The position numbers and the translations under genes are program-made. Under the pieces are notes generated by a model. The model made no database searches. It had not been told where the DNA came from and saw only the letters and a program-made list of their open reading frames with translations. A stretch of 64,000 nt of DNA from Anolis carolinensis (Eukaryota). Below, in pieces: positions 37,855 to 50,327 of the stretch. The first letter of the stretch is position 1, and each line of letters opens with the position of its first letter. The stretch covers positions 231,958,107 through 232,022,106 of the forward strand of contig NC_085844.1 of the NCBI RefSeq assembly GCF_035594765.1, read 5' to 3'.

Positions 37855-39646
37855 ACTCTTTGTTTTCCTTTTTACAGAAGAAATACACATGTGTTACTCA
37901 AAGTTATAAGCACATATGTCATTCATAGGATTCCAGCCAATATTTTTCAGTGAATTCTGTTCCTAATCAGTCATCTCAGGATGAATGTACCTGGCACAAA
38001 GAATATTTCCTGGCCGTTGTGGTGATAATTATCATGTGATAATGCTGTGGTTTAATTACCATGTGATAATGACTGTGACAAGGAACATCCTTTAATTGAA
38101 CAATGTACCCTTAATTTGTTAACCTGAAATGCCAGTGATTGAAACTCTTCTTGCCAAGTAGCAAGAAGACAAGGTGGATCTTCAGATTTAGAGATACTCT
38201 CCAAAGGAGAACAGCGCACAGGCATGGGCTACCAGCTCTGATTTTGGAGACCAAATGTGCTACAGTAGAACAAAAAATTAAATGGTAGAAAGACCAGAAG
38301 TTTCAAGTGTGAATGTGAGGACAATTCAAATTTATATTCCAAGACATTGTTCTCATTAGTAAATTATTTGATTCCAAACTTAGAGCTCATCTTATGTGGG
38401 CATGATAACTCATACACACACACGAGTTTGATCCTGGTTGTTTTCACAATTTTCCTCCACCTCCAGTAGGTATTCCTGCTTCTTTTTGATCGTGTGGGCA
38501 ACTACTGGTGTCTGAATGAGATGCCCATGGCGACCAGGACTCACATAGAGCTCTGCTGAAGTTTGGTAGCAGTGAAGGCAATATGGATGGTAAAGTGACA
38601 ATCCAGCAGGGTTGATGCAGTCTCAGACCAACTGGACTAGCTGGACTCCAACTCACCATTGGGGACAGTGTGGGTAACTGCCTCTGGACTAACCCAGACT
38701 GCCTGACAAGTGTAGAAGCAATGTAAGTCCTACTTAGAATAGGACCATTGATCTATTAATCATAACTAACTTAACTCCCACTGATTTCCATGGGTTTTTT
38801 TTCCCTGAAGAAACCTGGTAACAACACTCCAGTTGTCTCAAGTGTTCCCAATTATGATTGTGATTTAGGGATTAGGGAATGAAATGTTTGTTAAAAGGAT
38901 TATTAAACAAAAGTGAATTTGGCAAATTGATATTTAGCATTCTTGGGCTGCTTTTATTGTGTGTGGGATTGCTGTTTTATGTTTTCTTCCAGTGGATTTG
39001 GTTTTTAGGTAATTTTATGTGAGTGTAACAAGGATGCTATTTTATTACATAGGTATATTGCTTCATGTACATTGTGAAGGAACATGCCATTAAGAATACT
39101 TCAATATTCCAGTTGCTAAAATATGTGGAAAATTTGAAAATAATAAATGTCACATTCATATTTTAAATTTATATTGTACTCAGGCATACAAAAGGTTCCC
39201 TCTCTTGTTCCTTAAGGCAGATAGGGGGCAATGTAGTCCACATGACATTCAGTTGTGAGTACAAAAAACAGAAAAAGGCACACACACGGAGGCTAGGTGT
39301 CTGGTATTAAACTGAAAATTGCCATCATACATTGCACTCAAAGGATGCCAAAAATGGTCACTACTATATGTCAGCACCAATACGTTTTTTTTTTTTTAAA
39401 AAAGCAATCAAGAAAAATTGGTCACCTCAAAAGAGGCTGAAAGATGATGTGGGTTTGCATTTTAAATAAAAAATTTCTACAATTACATATATATTAATTA
39501 AACATTATTTTTCAAGTACAAGTGACTAACAATTCTAAATTATAACCATGAACCAATCAACTTCTTAATATTTTGAAACTTAAAATAGTTCTGCAGTACT
39601 GTGACCAATACCGGCTCAGTCTGATGCCCCAAAGCCAACTAGCCAA

Positions 39647-40416
39647 CAAGATACTTCATTTCGGCAGAAAAAATGGAAATCAAAGATACAGAATGGGGGA
39701 CGCCTGGCTTGACAGCAGTGTGTGCGAAAAAGACCTTGGAGTCCTCGTGGACAACAAGTTAAACATGAGCCAACAATGTGATGCAGCAGCTAAAAAAGCC
39801 AACGGGATTCTGGCCTGCATCAATAGGAGTATAGCGTCTAGATCCAGGGAAGTCATGCTCCCCCTCTATTCTGCCTTGGTCAGACCACACCTGGAATACT
39901 GTGTCCAATTCTGGGCACCGCAGTTGAAGGGAGATGTTGACAAGCTGGAAAGTGTCCAGAGGAGGGCGACTAAAATGATTAAGGGTCTGGAGAACAAGCC
40001 CTATGAGGAGCGGCTTAAAGAGCTGGGCATGTTTAGCCTGCAGAAGAGAAGGCTGAGAGGAGACATGATAGCCATGTACAAATATGTGAGGGGAAGTCAT
40101 AGGGAGGAGGGAGCAAGCTTGTTTTCTGCGGCCCTGCAGACTAGGACACGGAACAATGGCTTCAAACTACAGGAAAGGAGATTCCACCTGAACATCAGGA
40201 AGAACTTCCTCACTGTGAGGGCTGTTCGGCAGTGGAACTCTCTCCCCCGGACTGTGGTGGAGGCTCCTTCTTTGGAGGCTTTTAAGCAGAGGCTGGATGG
40301 CCATCTGTCGGGGGTGCTTTGAATGCGATTTCCTGCTTCTTGGCAGGGGGTTGGACTGGATGGCCCATGAGGTCTCTTCCAACTCTACTATTCTATGATT
40401 CTATGATTCTATGATT
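39647..40416 (+). mobile_element. Young 5'-truncated CR1 LINE (RT C-terminal region and 3' UTR)
   Basis: Uninterrupted frame EKDLGVLVD...[19 protein letters not shown]...[12 protein letters not shown]...WNSLP to the native stop at 40320-40322; (ATTCTATG)n tail; CpGs retained. Confidence 0.97.
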
Positions 40417-40856
40417 TGTTTAAGGCTAATTACCCGTTTAAATATTTTTCATTGAATTGTGCAATCAGTTCTCCACATTTTCTAAGACATGAGAGCACAG
40501 GGCCGCACGCGAAAGTGAAAAAAACATAAATAAATATTGCTTATGGGGCACCCATATTGCATCATTGGTTAAAAGGGCCCAGCAGAGACTGTACTACCTG
40601 AGACTTTTAAGAAACCAGCAACTGAATGAAAAACTGCTGGTGACCCTCTACCATTGTGCTATAGTGTTCTAACCTATTGCATTTGCGTGTTGTTTGGTAA
40701 CTGCACAGTGGCAGATAAGAAGGCGCTCCAAAGGGTCACCACTTCTGCACAGAGAATATCTTTGGAAGAACTTTATACATCCCACAGCCTTAAAAAAAGC
40801 TAAAAGTATTTTGGGGGATTCATCTCTCCCATCATACTCTTTTTTTTTTTCAATTA

Positions 40857-41621
40857 CAGTGGAGTTATGGTTATTTGACAAAAACGGGTGGGCCGAATGT
40901 CGAATAACTGGAACTGATGGATAATAGGGGGGCCATATTATCCCTCATGGCAATCAGGTTTGGGGAAGTGCCCTGTGTACATTGCTGCCTAGCAACGCAC
41001 AGGGGGCGCTTCCCAAGGGGCGAGTGCTCGCTGGAGCTATGGGGCTCATCCCTATGGCAAGTACTCAGCTCAGGGAAGTGCGCCATGAGGGCTGCTGCCT
41101 AGCAACACTCATAGGGTGCTTCCCAAGGGGCGAGTGCTCACCGGAGGAACGGGGCTTGTTCCTACGGCAAGCACTTGGCTCAGGGAAGTGTCCCATGAGC
41201 TCTGCTGCCTAGCAATGCACATGGGGCGCTTCCCAAGAGGCAGATGCTCACCAGAGCAACAGGGCTCATCCCTACAGTGAGCACTCGGCTCAGGGAATTA
41301 CCCCTTGAGCTCTGCTGCCTAGCAACATTCACAGGGAGCTTCCCAAGGGGTGAGTGCTTGCTGGAGCAACGGGGCTCGTCCCTACAGAGAGTACTCAGCT
41401 CAGTGAGCTCTGCTGCCTAGCAACACTCATGGGGCACTTCCCAAGGGGTGAGTGCTCACCGGAGTGATGGGGCTCATCCTTACAGTGAGCACTCGCCCCT
41501 TGGGAAGTGCCCCCTGTGCATTGCTAGACAGCAGAACTCACGGGGTGCTTCCCAAGGGCCTGGCATGTCGGATAATACGGATGGTCGGATAACCGGAAGT
41601 CAGTTAACCGGAACTCTATTG
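40857..41621. mobile_element. Tc1/mariner(Tigger)-type MITE containing a 110-bp tandem array
   Basis: Termini CAGTGGAGTTATGGTTA / TAACCGGAACTCTATTG with TA on both sides; internal units begin TGCTGCCTAGCAA at 40983, 41093, 41203, 41313 and 41411. Confidence 0.8.
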
Positions 41622-42746
41622 TATTATCATCTGTCAGAAGGTACAGGGTTACAAAGGCAAGGACAAACAGACCGAGAGACAGCTTTTATCCTAGAGTTAT
41701 AACTATATTGAACTTCATGGCTTCGCATTGATGTGGTATTAAGGGCTGTGTGGTGGTGGTGGTGGGAGTGTGGAGGTGTGTTGTTTTGTGATACATATTG
41801 GGGGAAAGCATTTAATTTTGTTATACAATAACAATAAAGTTATTCTATTCTATTTTTACCCAAGAGGGAACATTTCCCTAGGAATGTCCAGGTTATCCAG
41901 TGCAACTCTATTAACTTCTGCCAGAGGGTGATCATATACTTGTGCTGGAGGATCAAGAGATCCCTACGAAGATGTTCTCTTCAGGAATTTCTAGGTCTAC
42001 CAACATAACTTCATGATCAACTTCAGGGGGAAATTAACCATAGTTATAATGGAGGACCTAGGGAGTTCTAGAGAGATTATGCTAATCAATTCCACAAATA
42101 ATCAGACTCACAGAAATGAAACCCACACATGTAGAGTGCTGACTGTACTTGGACTGGTATGCAAAGTGATCTTGTATTGCCTTTGAGACTGAGAGACAGA
42201 AGTTTTTGTAACATAGGTTTTTATAGACTAATATCATCAGATGCATCAACCATACTTGGATTGGACAGCATTTTAAATAGAGTTCCTTTTCAAACAAAGG
42301 GCTGTATTAAGTAAAGTCTACCTTAGGAAGAAGGTATGTCACTTGTTGCTATGATAGCCAATCCAAATTGAGAAAAATTGTGGGGTTTGAAATGGAGGGT
42401 AAAATGAGTATTCTCAAGAACTTATACCTCTTCTAGTAAGATGACGTGATATGATGCCATTTTATGCAAAAGTAATGGAGGTGGGATGGGGCAGGGTGGG
42501 AAAGATTCAATGATAAATAATAGCACACTGCTTTCAGCATTAATGACATCACTGGCTGTCTCTCAACCACCAAGGTAAATCAAGATAATGAAAGAATCCG
42601 TTAAAAAGGAAAAGCAGAATTACCACTGAAATCATCCGTTTATTATCTAGGTATGCTTAATAGCCTGCTAGTTGATGAAAAATCATTTGCTAACCCCAGA
42701 GTATGGTTCATTTTCTGACTCTATCACTCAGCCGTACAGTGGCTAG

Positions 42747-42749
<3 letters not shown>

Positions 42750-42792
<43 letters not shown>
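42750..42792. repeat. (TA)n microsatellite
   Basis: Direct reading. Confidence 0.95.
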
Positions 42793-42795
<3 letters not shown>

Positions 42796-43051
42796 ATTAC
42801 TCCTATTGTCAGTGTCTTATATATATAATTTATGACAGCAATAATGTCCATTAACACATCTACTATGCAGTTCAGTCAGGACAGGTAGGCATTGCTGTGT
42901 GCTTCAGCTATTAGTAATAGCAAAGCCAGTTATTAATAGAAGTTTCTGACTTATTTTGAAGGGGTTAGAGGCTGGCCATAAGTGAATCCATTTGCAAGGT
43001 AATTTTAATTTTTGCTGCTTCCATAGGAAAATAGCGCCTTTGGTAAGACAC

Positions 43052-43065
43052 TTCTTTTCTTTTTC

Positions 43066-43129
<64 letters not shown>

Positions 43130-43135
43130 TTTTTT
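43052..43135. repeat. (TTTC)n microsatellite
   Basis: Direct reading. Confidence 0.95.
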
Positions 43136-45251
43136 GAGCTAATTCCTATTTTGCTTGCAAGGCCCCATGATTTATCTTTTACTTTTGTAATACATTTATA
43201 TATCGAACAGTGTTAGTGGAAAAAATTTAAAAAGCCAGGTGGAATAAAACCTACACTTCCTGACCCAGATATGTTGTCTTCCCCATTACTTACAATGTGA
43301 GACCTGTGTTACACTGAGAAAAAAGGCAAATGTACACAACACTGTTGCAGCAAAACCCTAGATTTAGGCACCCATTATTTCAGCATTGTTATCATCATTT
43401 CAGCATCTCTTCTATGCCCTCCAACAATTCTGAAAAGGAAACAGGGACACATGTGGCCAAGCAATATCAAAGTTAGTAAGTAGGAACACACAAGCTAGGA
43501 GAAGCTGCAGCAGGTTGATTTTGCCTGAGTCGATTGAGAAGGACATGATTATACCCCTCCTCTGCTCCTGCTGAGTTAATTTAATATAAACTGCTTTTAT
43601 GCTTTGACCTCAGTTTGTAGCAATGAAAGTAAGCTGAAGAAAAAGGAAAAAAGTGGAAGGAAGAGGGAAAAACTGGGACATTTTAAACACATCTGAAAAA
43701 ATAGGATGAAAGCGAATAAATCAACCCTCTCCATGTCAAGTCAGGACAGTTGGAGGATATGCTCATTTCTGCTGCACTGTTATTCTATGCCTTCTTACTG
43801 CTTGCAACTGCATTATATGACAGTATAGATGGGGCCAGAGATAACCTTAGATCAGGGATGAGACCACAAGATGTTGTTGGACTTCTTCCAGCATTCTTCC
43901 CGAATGGATGTATTGGGATTTGCAGTCCAGTAACATCTGGAGGGCTGGTTGATTCCCACCACTGTGCCAGTTCCAACAAAACAAAGCAAAATGAAAAACA
44001 GCCACTTCTGATTTTGTAAGGGTGCACCCTAGGCACACAGTTTTGCATTTTAAACTTCTAGCTGCAGTGGCATTTATGTGTTCATCCTTACAGAAAAGAA
44101 CACCATCCATGTTTCTTCCAAATTAATTGCATGTTTTATGCGAACGGAAACAAAAGTTGATGGAGAGGGAAACCACTGGGGTATTGGTGGAAGTAGTGAT
44201 GATTTGTCATTTCAAAGATACTGACCTTGCAACTCTAAACAGAACCTAGAAAAACAAGAATGTTTTTGTATGGAGTTGGTGGTTATGTGAGCTGCAACTA
44301 AAGAAGAAGCTCTCAACTTTGTAGTAGAGACTCATATGGCACCTTAGAGTCAGAAACGACTTGAAGGCACACAGCAATATGCTGCAGAGGTGACTGAGGA
44401 ATATATATGATGCATATATGTATATAGATATAAATAGATTATGTATGATTAAAAAGACAATTTGAAAGCAAAAAGCTAATATGATAAAGAATAATTAATT
44501 AAATAAGGAAGTGAGTTAAATGTGCAGGAACAATGAAGATAGAATAACGAATAACTTACTTTAAGGGGGTTTAACTGCATTGGTTTTGTTCTCTTCCTGC
44601 TCTATGATTTTATGAGCTAGATACCAAGTATTGCAAAGGCCAGTGAAATAGATAGGGATACATATGGTCTGTAGCTAAGATACAAACTTTTATCTCTGGA
44701 GTAGTGTCTGGTATAATCTAGCAGCTTAACATGGCAATGGCCAATGAAATAGAGTAGAAGATGCAAAATACCAAAGCCAAGCATGAGTGAAGAATGAGGA
44801 GCTATAGTTGTTGGTGGTTTCCATGTCAGGAGGATGGTGATTATAATCTGACCCAGCTCTGGGTTTTAGTAGGAACTTCAGATGAACTCTAGGGTGCAGA
44901 GCCCTCTTCCTATATCAGTTCAGCCTCTAGGCTAGCTTTTTTAATGTTCAGATGACAACCCATAATAGACTCACCATCCAGCTGACATAGAAAGCCATCC
45001 CCTGCCATCGGTGGCCATCAAGGAGAGAAGAGGAATTATATACAGCATTAAGTTGACTCACTGATACAAAATTATCAGCATTTCTCAAATCATTGCCCCA
45101 TAAAAGTGTGCAGATGGTAATGCATTGAGGTTTGATTGCCGACCAGCTTGCCCCATTTGATCTTAAAGGGTTTGTGTTCAATAATAGATCACAGCTATTT
45201 ACTGGCTAATTCAATGAGTTAGGGACCAGATCACAGTTAAAAGGTGGAAAT

Positions 45252-45391
45252 NNNNNNNNNNNNNNNNNNNNNNNNNNNNNNNNNNNNNNNNNNNNNNNNN
45301 NNNNNNNNNNNNNNNNNNNNNNNNNNNNNNNNNNNNNNNNNNNNNNNNNNNNNNNNNNNNNNNNNNNNNNNNNNNNNNNNNNNNNNNNNNN
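45252..45391. other. Assembly gap
   Basis: Run of N. Confidence 1.
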
Positions 45392-45431
45392 TAGACCCAT
45401 ATGATACAATTCAGTGCAGTTCAAACTGCAT

Positions 45432-45724
45432 TACTAAGTTACAAACATCCAACTTACAAATGACTCATAATTAAGACAACAGTGAGACAACAGGAAGTGA
45501 GAATAATCTACCCCATGGAAGGGAAATTCACTCCTGATAGAGTGATCATGGGGAAAAGTGTCTCAACTGAAGCTTTCTCACCAATCCTTGTTTCTACAAG
45601 AAGCCAAATTTTTCAAAATCCAATCATCATCACAGGGACAGAAAGTGAAGTAAAATCTTCTGAACAGGGAAACTGAGTAAAACAAACACCACAGGGGTGT
45701 TAACTCTTCCCTAAGCTGTCCAAA

Positions 45725-45769
<45 letters not shown>

Positions 45770-45893
45770 ATATATATATGTGTGTGTGTGTGTGGCTGGA
45801 GTTACACTTAAAATGTACCTTTTCTGATTTACAAATTCAACTTAAGAACAAACCTACAGAACCTATATTGTCTGTAATTTGGAGGTTGCCTAT
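45432..45893. mobile_element. Tigger-like MITE with an internal (CT)n(TA)n(TG)n microsatellite
   Basis: AAGTTACAAACATCCAACTTACAAATGACTC at the left; TTACAAATTCAACTTAAGAAC...GTAATTTGGAGGTTGCCTATA at the right. Confidence 0.65.
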
Positions 45894-46109
45894 ATATGGC
45901 AATGTAGATCCAGGCAGAGAGAGAGAAGATCTGCGGTTTTCACATAACCCGGATCCATATTTTTCTTACCTGAAATCTACAATGTTTCTGGCTTCCATCT
46001 AAAACATACCACAGAATCATTCTGAGTGACCTGGCACCCTGCACACTGCTAAGAGTGTGGCGATGCTTTCCCCATAACATTGGGGGAGCATTGCCCAAAC
46101 AGGGCAGAA

Positions 46110-46198
46110 ATGTGAGTTCCTGAGTCCTGAAGCCACCTTGAGAGAAGGGCGGGGTAGAAATACTGGAAATAAATAAATAAATAAATAAATAAATAAAT
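46110..46198 (+). mobile_element. SINE/L2-type 3' tail with (AAAT)n
   Basis: GAAGCCACCTTGAG...GAAGGGCGGGGTAGAAATACTGGAAATAAATAAAT. Confidence 0.6.
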
Positions 46199-47872
46199 GT
46201 GTTGGCTCCAATGGGAAGGTTCCCGTGTTTGGGTGGAAGCATACAAGGATGCTTCCAGCCTGGTTGGGGGCAAGGACTCTGCTGGAAGTCACACGACATT
46301 GTGTGATGGTTGGCGTGGTGCTCCGTCCTAGAAGAAGGCCCAAAGTGTCCTAAGCTGAAGTCGTTAGCTGTCAAAACTAGGTAAATCAAGTTGTTCCAGT
46401 TCCCTTTTAAAGCCTTTTCTCTTCATTTGAATATATTAATTGAGCTACTGTTACATTGGTTTGTTCTTTTAATTTGCTTTTAAAGGGGACAAAAACCCAA
46501 TCCTACAATATTGTGGTAATTTTACAAAAGCATAATGTACCTAATGTTTCTAAGGTTTCATTTTTTAGTACACGTTTCATTCCTGTTTTTGTCGTCCTTT
46601 AACTGTTAACATTTTTACCAGCTGTAAAGAAAACATCAAGCATCCTAAATGGGGTTGCAAAGTTATTAGCTCCTTCTCCCCTTGGACATGTTCTTATGCT
46701 TTATCTCTTGCATCCAACTGAGAAGATACCCTTGGAAATCCATAGGACTTATACAGAATGGGGATAAATGAGGTTGTGGCGATTGATGTCGGTGTCCCTT
46801 AGGTTTGCAGTGCTGTGTTGTTGTGTTTAATTGGTAAGCATTCTGCATTATACCCTGAGTGCTGAGGGGCTTGGGGATCATATATTTTCAGTTTCTCGAA
46901 CATGATTAGGTTTCTTGTAATTTACATTTTTTGCCACTAAACAGTGATACATTATATTTAGAAAATGAGATGCGCCGAGTGTTAGCAAGATGTGACAGTG
47001 ACAAATCTTATGAACGTTAATACTGAAAGCCATCATAGTTCAAGTCACAGTAGTTGTGTTAGAGCTTAGTCAAAAACATATAGATGGGAAAAGAAAGATG
47101 AGGAGGGAGAGAGACAGCGTCTGAGTTATCAAACTGTTATTGTTCAAATGCCATTTTTGGTTCATCTGTTTTTTAAAAAAATGTTACAAAAAAAGAAGGC
47201 AGTTCATGAATGTGAAACTTCAGGGAGGGGAAGAACACTTGAGCTATAACTCCCGTGAGGAAAAAATGATGGCAAATGCCTCATTTTTTTGCAAACATCC
47301 CAAAATGCCCTGTAGACATTTTGAGTTACTGCCATTCTAGTGTGTGTAGTATGCAAAATCACATCAGGTACCTAAGCAAATCTCTCTTTCCCCCTCCTTC
47401 CTTTTGTTCTATTTCTTTCCTTGCATTTGCACCACTGGTGCTGTCTGTCAGCATTTCTATTGTAATTGCCCCTTTCAGGGATATATTGCTCAGCTTTCTT
47501 TTTGCTCCTTTTCTCTCTTGCTCTCTTTTCTTTTTTATGTAAAAAAGAAGAGATAAGCTTTAGGCTAGAAACTGGCATAGGCAATTGGGTTTCACAGGTA
47601 GTCTGACTTGGAGAACCTAAGGAGTAATAGAGGGAGAAAAGCAACCACTTCAAAATGTTGACTTGCTTTTGTGGATGCAGCACTTCTTCACATACCCTAT
47701 ATCAATGTAGTTGATTCACAGGAATGGAACTCAAATATGTTCAGAAAAATCCACTAAGAGGTCTTAGGAAACCTAAAAGATGGGCAATTTATTTCAGTAT
47801 GACAGCTGGATTCAGTGTGCGTGCATGTGTATGATGCCAGTTGTGAGTAGGACAAAAGCTAAAAGTGTGGGA

Positions 47873-48203
47873 CAGGTTGAACATCCCTTATCAGGAAATC
47901 CAAAACCAGAAATACTCCAAAATCTGAAATTGTCCACGGGGTGGCTGAGATAGCAACACATTTCCTTTCTGATGGTTCAATATACAGAAACTTCATTTCA
48001 TGCACAAAAGTATTGCAAATATGTGTATAAAATTACCTTCAGGCTATGTGGATAATGTGTATGTGAAACGTAAATGAATTTCATGTTTAGGCTTGGGTAC
48101 TATATCTAAGAAGTCTCATTATGCATGTACACAAAACAAAAGCCCAATCAAAATTTAAAGCACTTCTAATCCCAAGCATTTTGAATAGAGGATACTCAAC
48201 TTG
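47873..48203 (+). mobile_element. Tigger4/MER46-like non-autonomous pogo element
   Basis: TIRs CAGGTTGAACATCCCTTATC / GAATAGAGGATACTCAACTTG; body TGTATAAAATTACCTTCAGGCTATGTG...AAATGAATTTCATGTTTAG resembles the recalled Tigger4 3' end. Confidence 0.75.
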
Positions 48204-48419
48204 AATATTTTACTTACAAGTTGTTCCTGCCAGAAACTGAGCCTCAAGAGAGGTATTTATTTTGACTTTTTAAAATGAAAATAAAGAAGTTGGTAGAAAA
48301 GCTGGGAAACCATCAAGCAATGTTATTGTAGCAAAGAGGAAGGATGTCACCTTCTACGGGAACTGACATAGGATCAAACTTGAGATCTAAGGATCCCAGT
48401 TATAAGTAGAATAAAAGTA

Positions 48420-48742
48420 CAGTAGAGTCTCACTTATCCAAGCCTCACTTATCCAAGCCTCTGGATAATCCAAGCCACTTTTGTAGTCAATGTTTTCAAT
48501 ATATCGTGATATTTTGGTGCTAAATTCGTAAATACAGTAATTACAACATAACATTACTGCGTATTGAACTATTTTTTCTGTCAAATTTGTTGTATAACAT
48601 GAAGTTTTGATGCTTAATTTGTAAAATCATAACCTAATTTGATGTTTAATAGGCTTTTCCTTAATCCCTCTTTATTATCCAAGATATTTGCTTATCCAAG
48701 CTTCTGCTGGCCCGTTTAGCTTGGATAAGTGAGACTCTACTG
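48420..48742 (+). mobile_element. Tc1/mariner-type MITE (323 bp)
   Basis: Perfect TIR CAGTAGAGTCTCACTTATCCAAGC / GCTTGGATAAGTGAGACTCTACTG; TA duplication at 48418-48419 and 48743-48744. Confidence 0.95.
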
Positions 48743-49984
48743 TAATGCTATACTTTGCCATATTTGCAATGGTTTTCTGATAGTGCATTTCCTTTTTTCT
48801 TTTTCTGGAAATATATAATTTACATATGTATTCTGATATGGGATAAAGTGAAACTAGCAGGTGTTTCCATCTCTAGTTCTAATCTCACAGGTTTGACATT
48901 CTTGTGCATTAAATATATAAACCGGAATCCTATTGCAGCAATATTTTGGTATATTGCATTGATGTGAGTTATAATGACAGGAGGAAAAAGGCCAGCAAGG
49001 CACTGGAGAGATTTTGGCTGGAATCCTGCAAGTGACATATGCACAGGTACGTGTGGCTTAAACATATATGTGACACTTTTTTGGATGGAGCTAGGTGTCA
49101 TAAATAATTCAGTGAGGAATGAAGCTAGCATGGGTTAAAACAGTCCAGAGGTAAAAAGTCAATAAAATAATAAGAAAGGCATTAGATTGAGAGGTGTGCA
49201 GAGGGATAGTCCAGAGAGGTTGTTGCCAGAAATCACAATACTGAAGGTGAAGGTATCAGGGCTGGGAGAAATATCTTCCATGAGTAGTGTCAATGTTGCT
49301 GCTAGCATGACCCTTTACTCTAGTCCACATTTACAAGGCTAATGATGGATGAGGAGCAGCTGGTCTGCTCTGTTTGAGCTATAGTTGTTTGCCATCATGT
49401 CCCAAACACTCATGTGTGTGTGGCTCTATCTCTTGTCCTGTTGAGATACATAAGAACCCAGATCAGTAAGAGGGAGAGTTAAGGTATGTCTCCCACTATC
49501 CAAAACTCACCTTTTAGGATATGTTCTGATCAGTGAAGGTAGGAGATGCTCAGAAAAACATTACTTCCAGTACTATGCATCCAGCTATAAGAACAGGTAC
49601 CTCCTCCTGATCCAGGATCTGTTAATAATTAAAACTATAGGAGCTTCTTCCCATATTTAACTTGAAAACCCTAGACAAGTTGCTATTTTTGTAGCACTCT
49701 GAGCAACATCCAAACCTATCCAATTCTCATAGATCTGGAAGAGGCTGATTCACTTACCAGAGGAGTAGGAATACAGTGGGAAGACAATTCAACCTACGGG
49801 CCGTTTTCAGGAAAAGGGACAGGAGGATGTGCGCACCATCTGATAAGGCATTCCCATTGTCTTAACAACATGTAAATTGCTTTCCATTATCTCCTCTTCT
49901 CATCAATAACACTACCACTACCCCCCCCCCCCCCGCAGTTTGCTAGGGAAGGAGAAGTCATGGGCTGAGTTCAATGTACTAGAG

Positions 49985-50115
49985 CAATGGTTCTCAACCT
50001 TTAGTCCTCCATGAATTTGGAATATCATCTCCCAGAAGCCCCAGTGGCCATGGACAATATCAGGAATTCTGGAAATCCAAAACACTTGAAGTACCAAATA
50101 TTGGGAACCAACACA
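49985..50115. mobile_element. Short hAT MITE, degenerate
   Basis: CAATGGTTCTCAACCT...TTGGGAACCA; related to 19678-19808. Confidence 0.6.
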
Positions 50116-50205
50116 CTAGAGGATATTGCCTTATGTGGCATCTTTTAAAAGGACATATCCAGCAGATGGAGGCAGAGCATTATGATCCACCTCCACGATG
50201 TAAGG

Positions 50206-50327
50206 CAGGCCTTCACAACCTGTGGCCCTCCAGGTGTTTTGGACTTAATTTCCCAGGATTTCTGAATATTGGAGAAACTGGGATTTCGAGGTCAAAACAC
50301 CTGGAGGGCCAAAGTTGTGCAGGCCTG
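50206..50327. mobile_element. Short palindromic hAT MITE
   Basis: TIRs CAGGCCTTCACAAC / GTTGTGCAGGCCTG; 8-bp TSD ATGTAAGG / ATGTAGGG. Confidence 0.85.

Noticed and set aside
39573-40322. 249-aa ORF, the longest in the track, as a host gene
   Set aside because: It is the RT C-terminus of a 5'-truncated CR1. The first ~25 codons come from flanking DNA and the start codon is TTG.
40983-41540. CRISPR-like repeat-spacer array
   Set aside because: The sequence between the conserved motifs is itself repeated (whole 110-bp units), the context is eukaryotic, and no cas genes are present.
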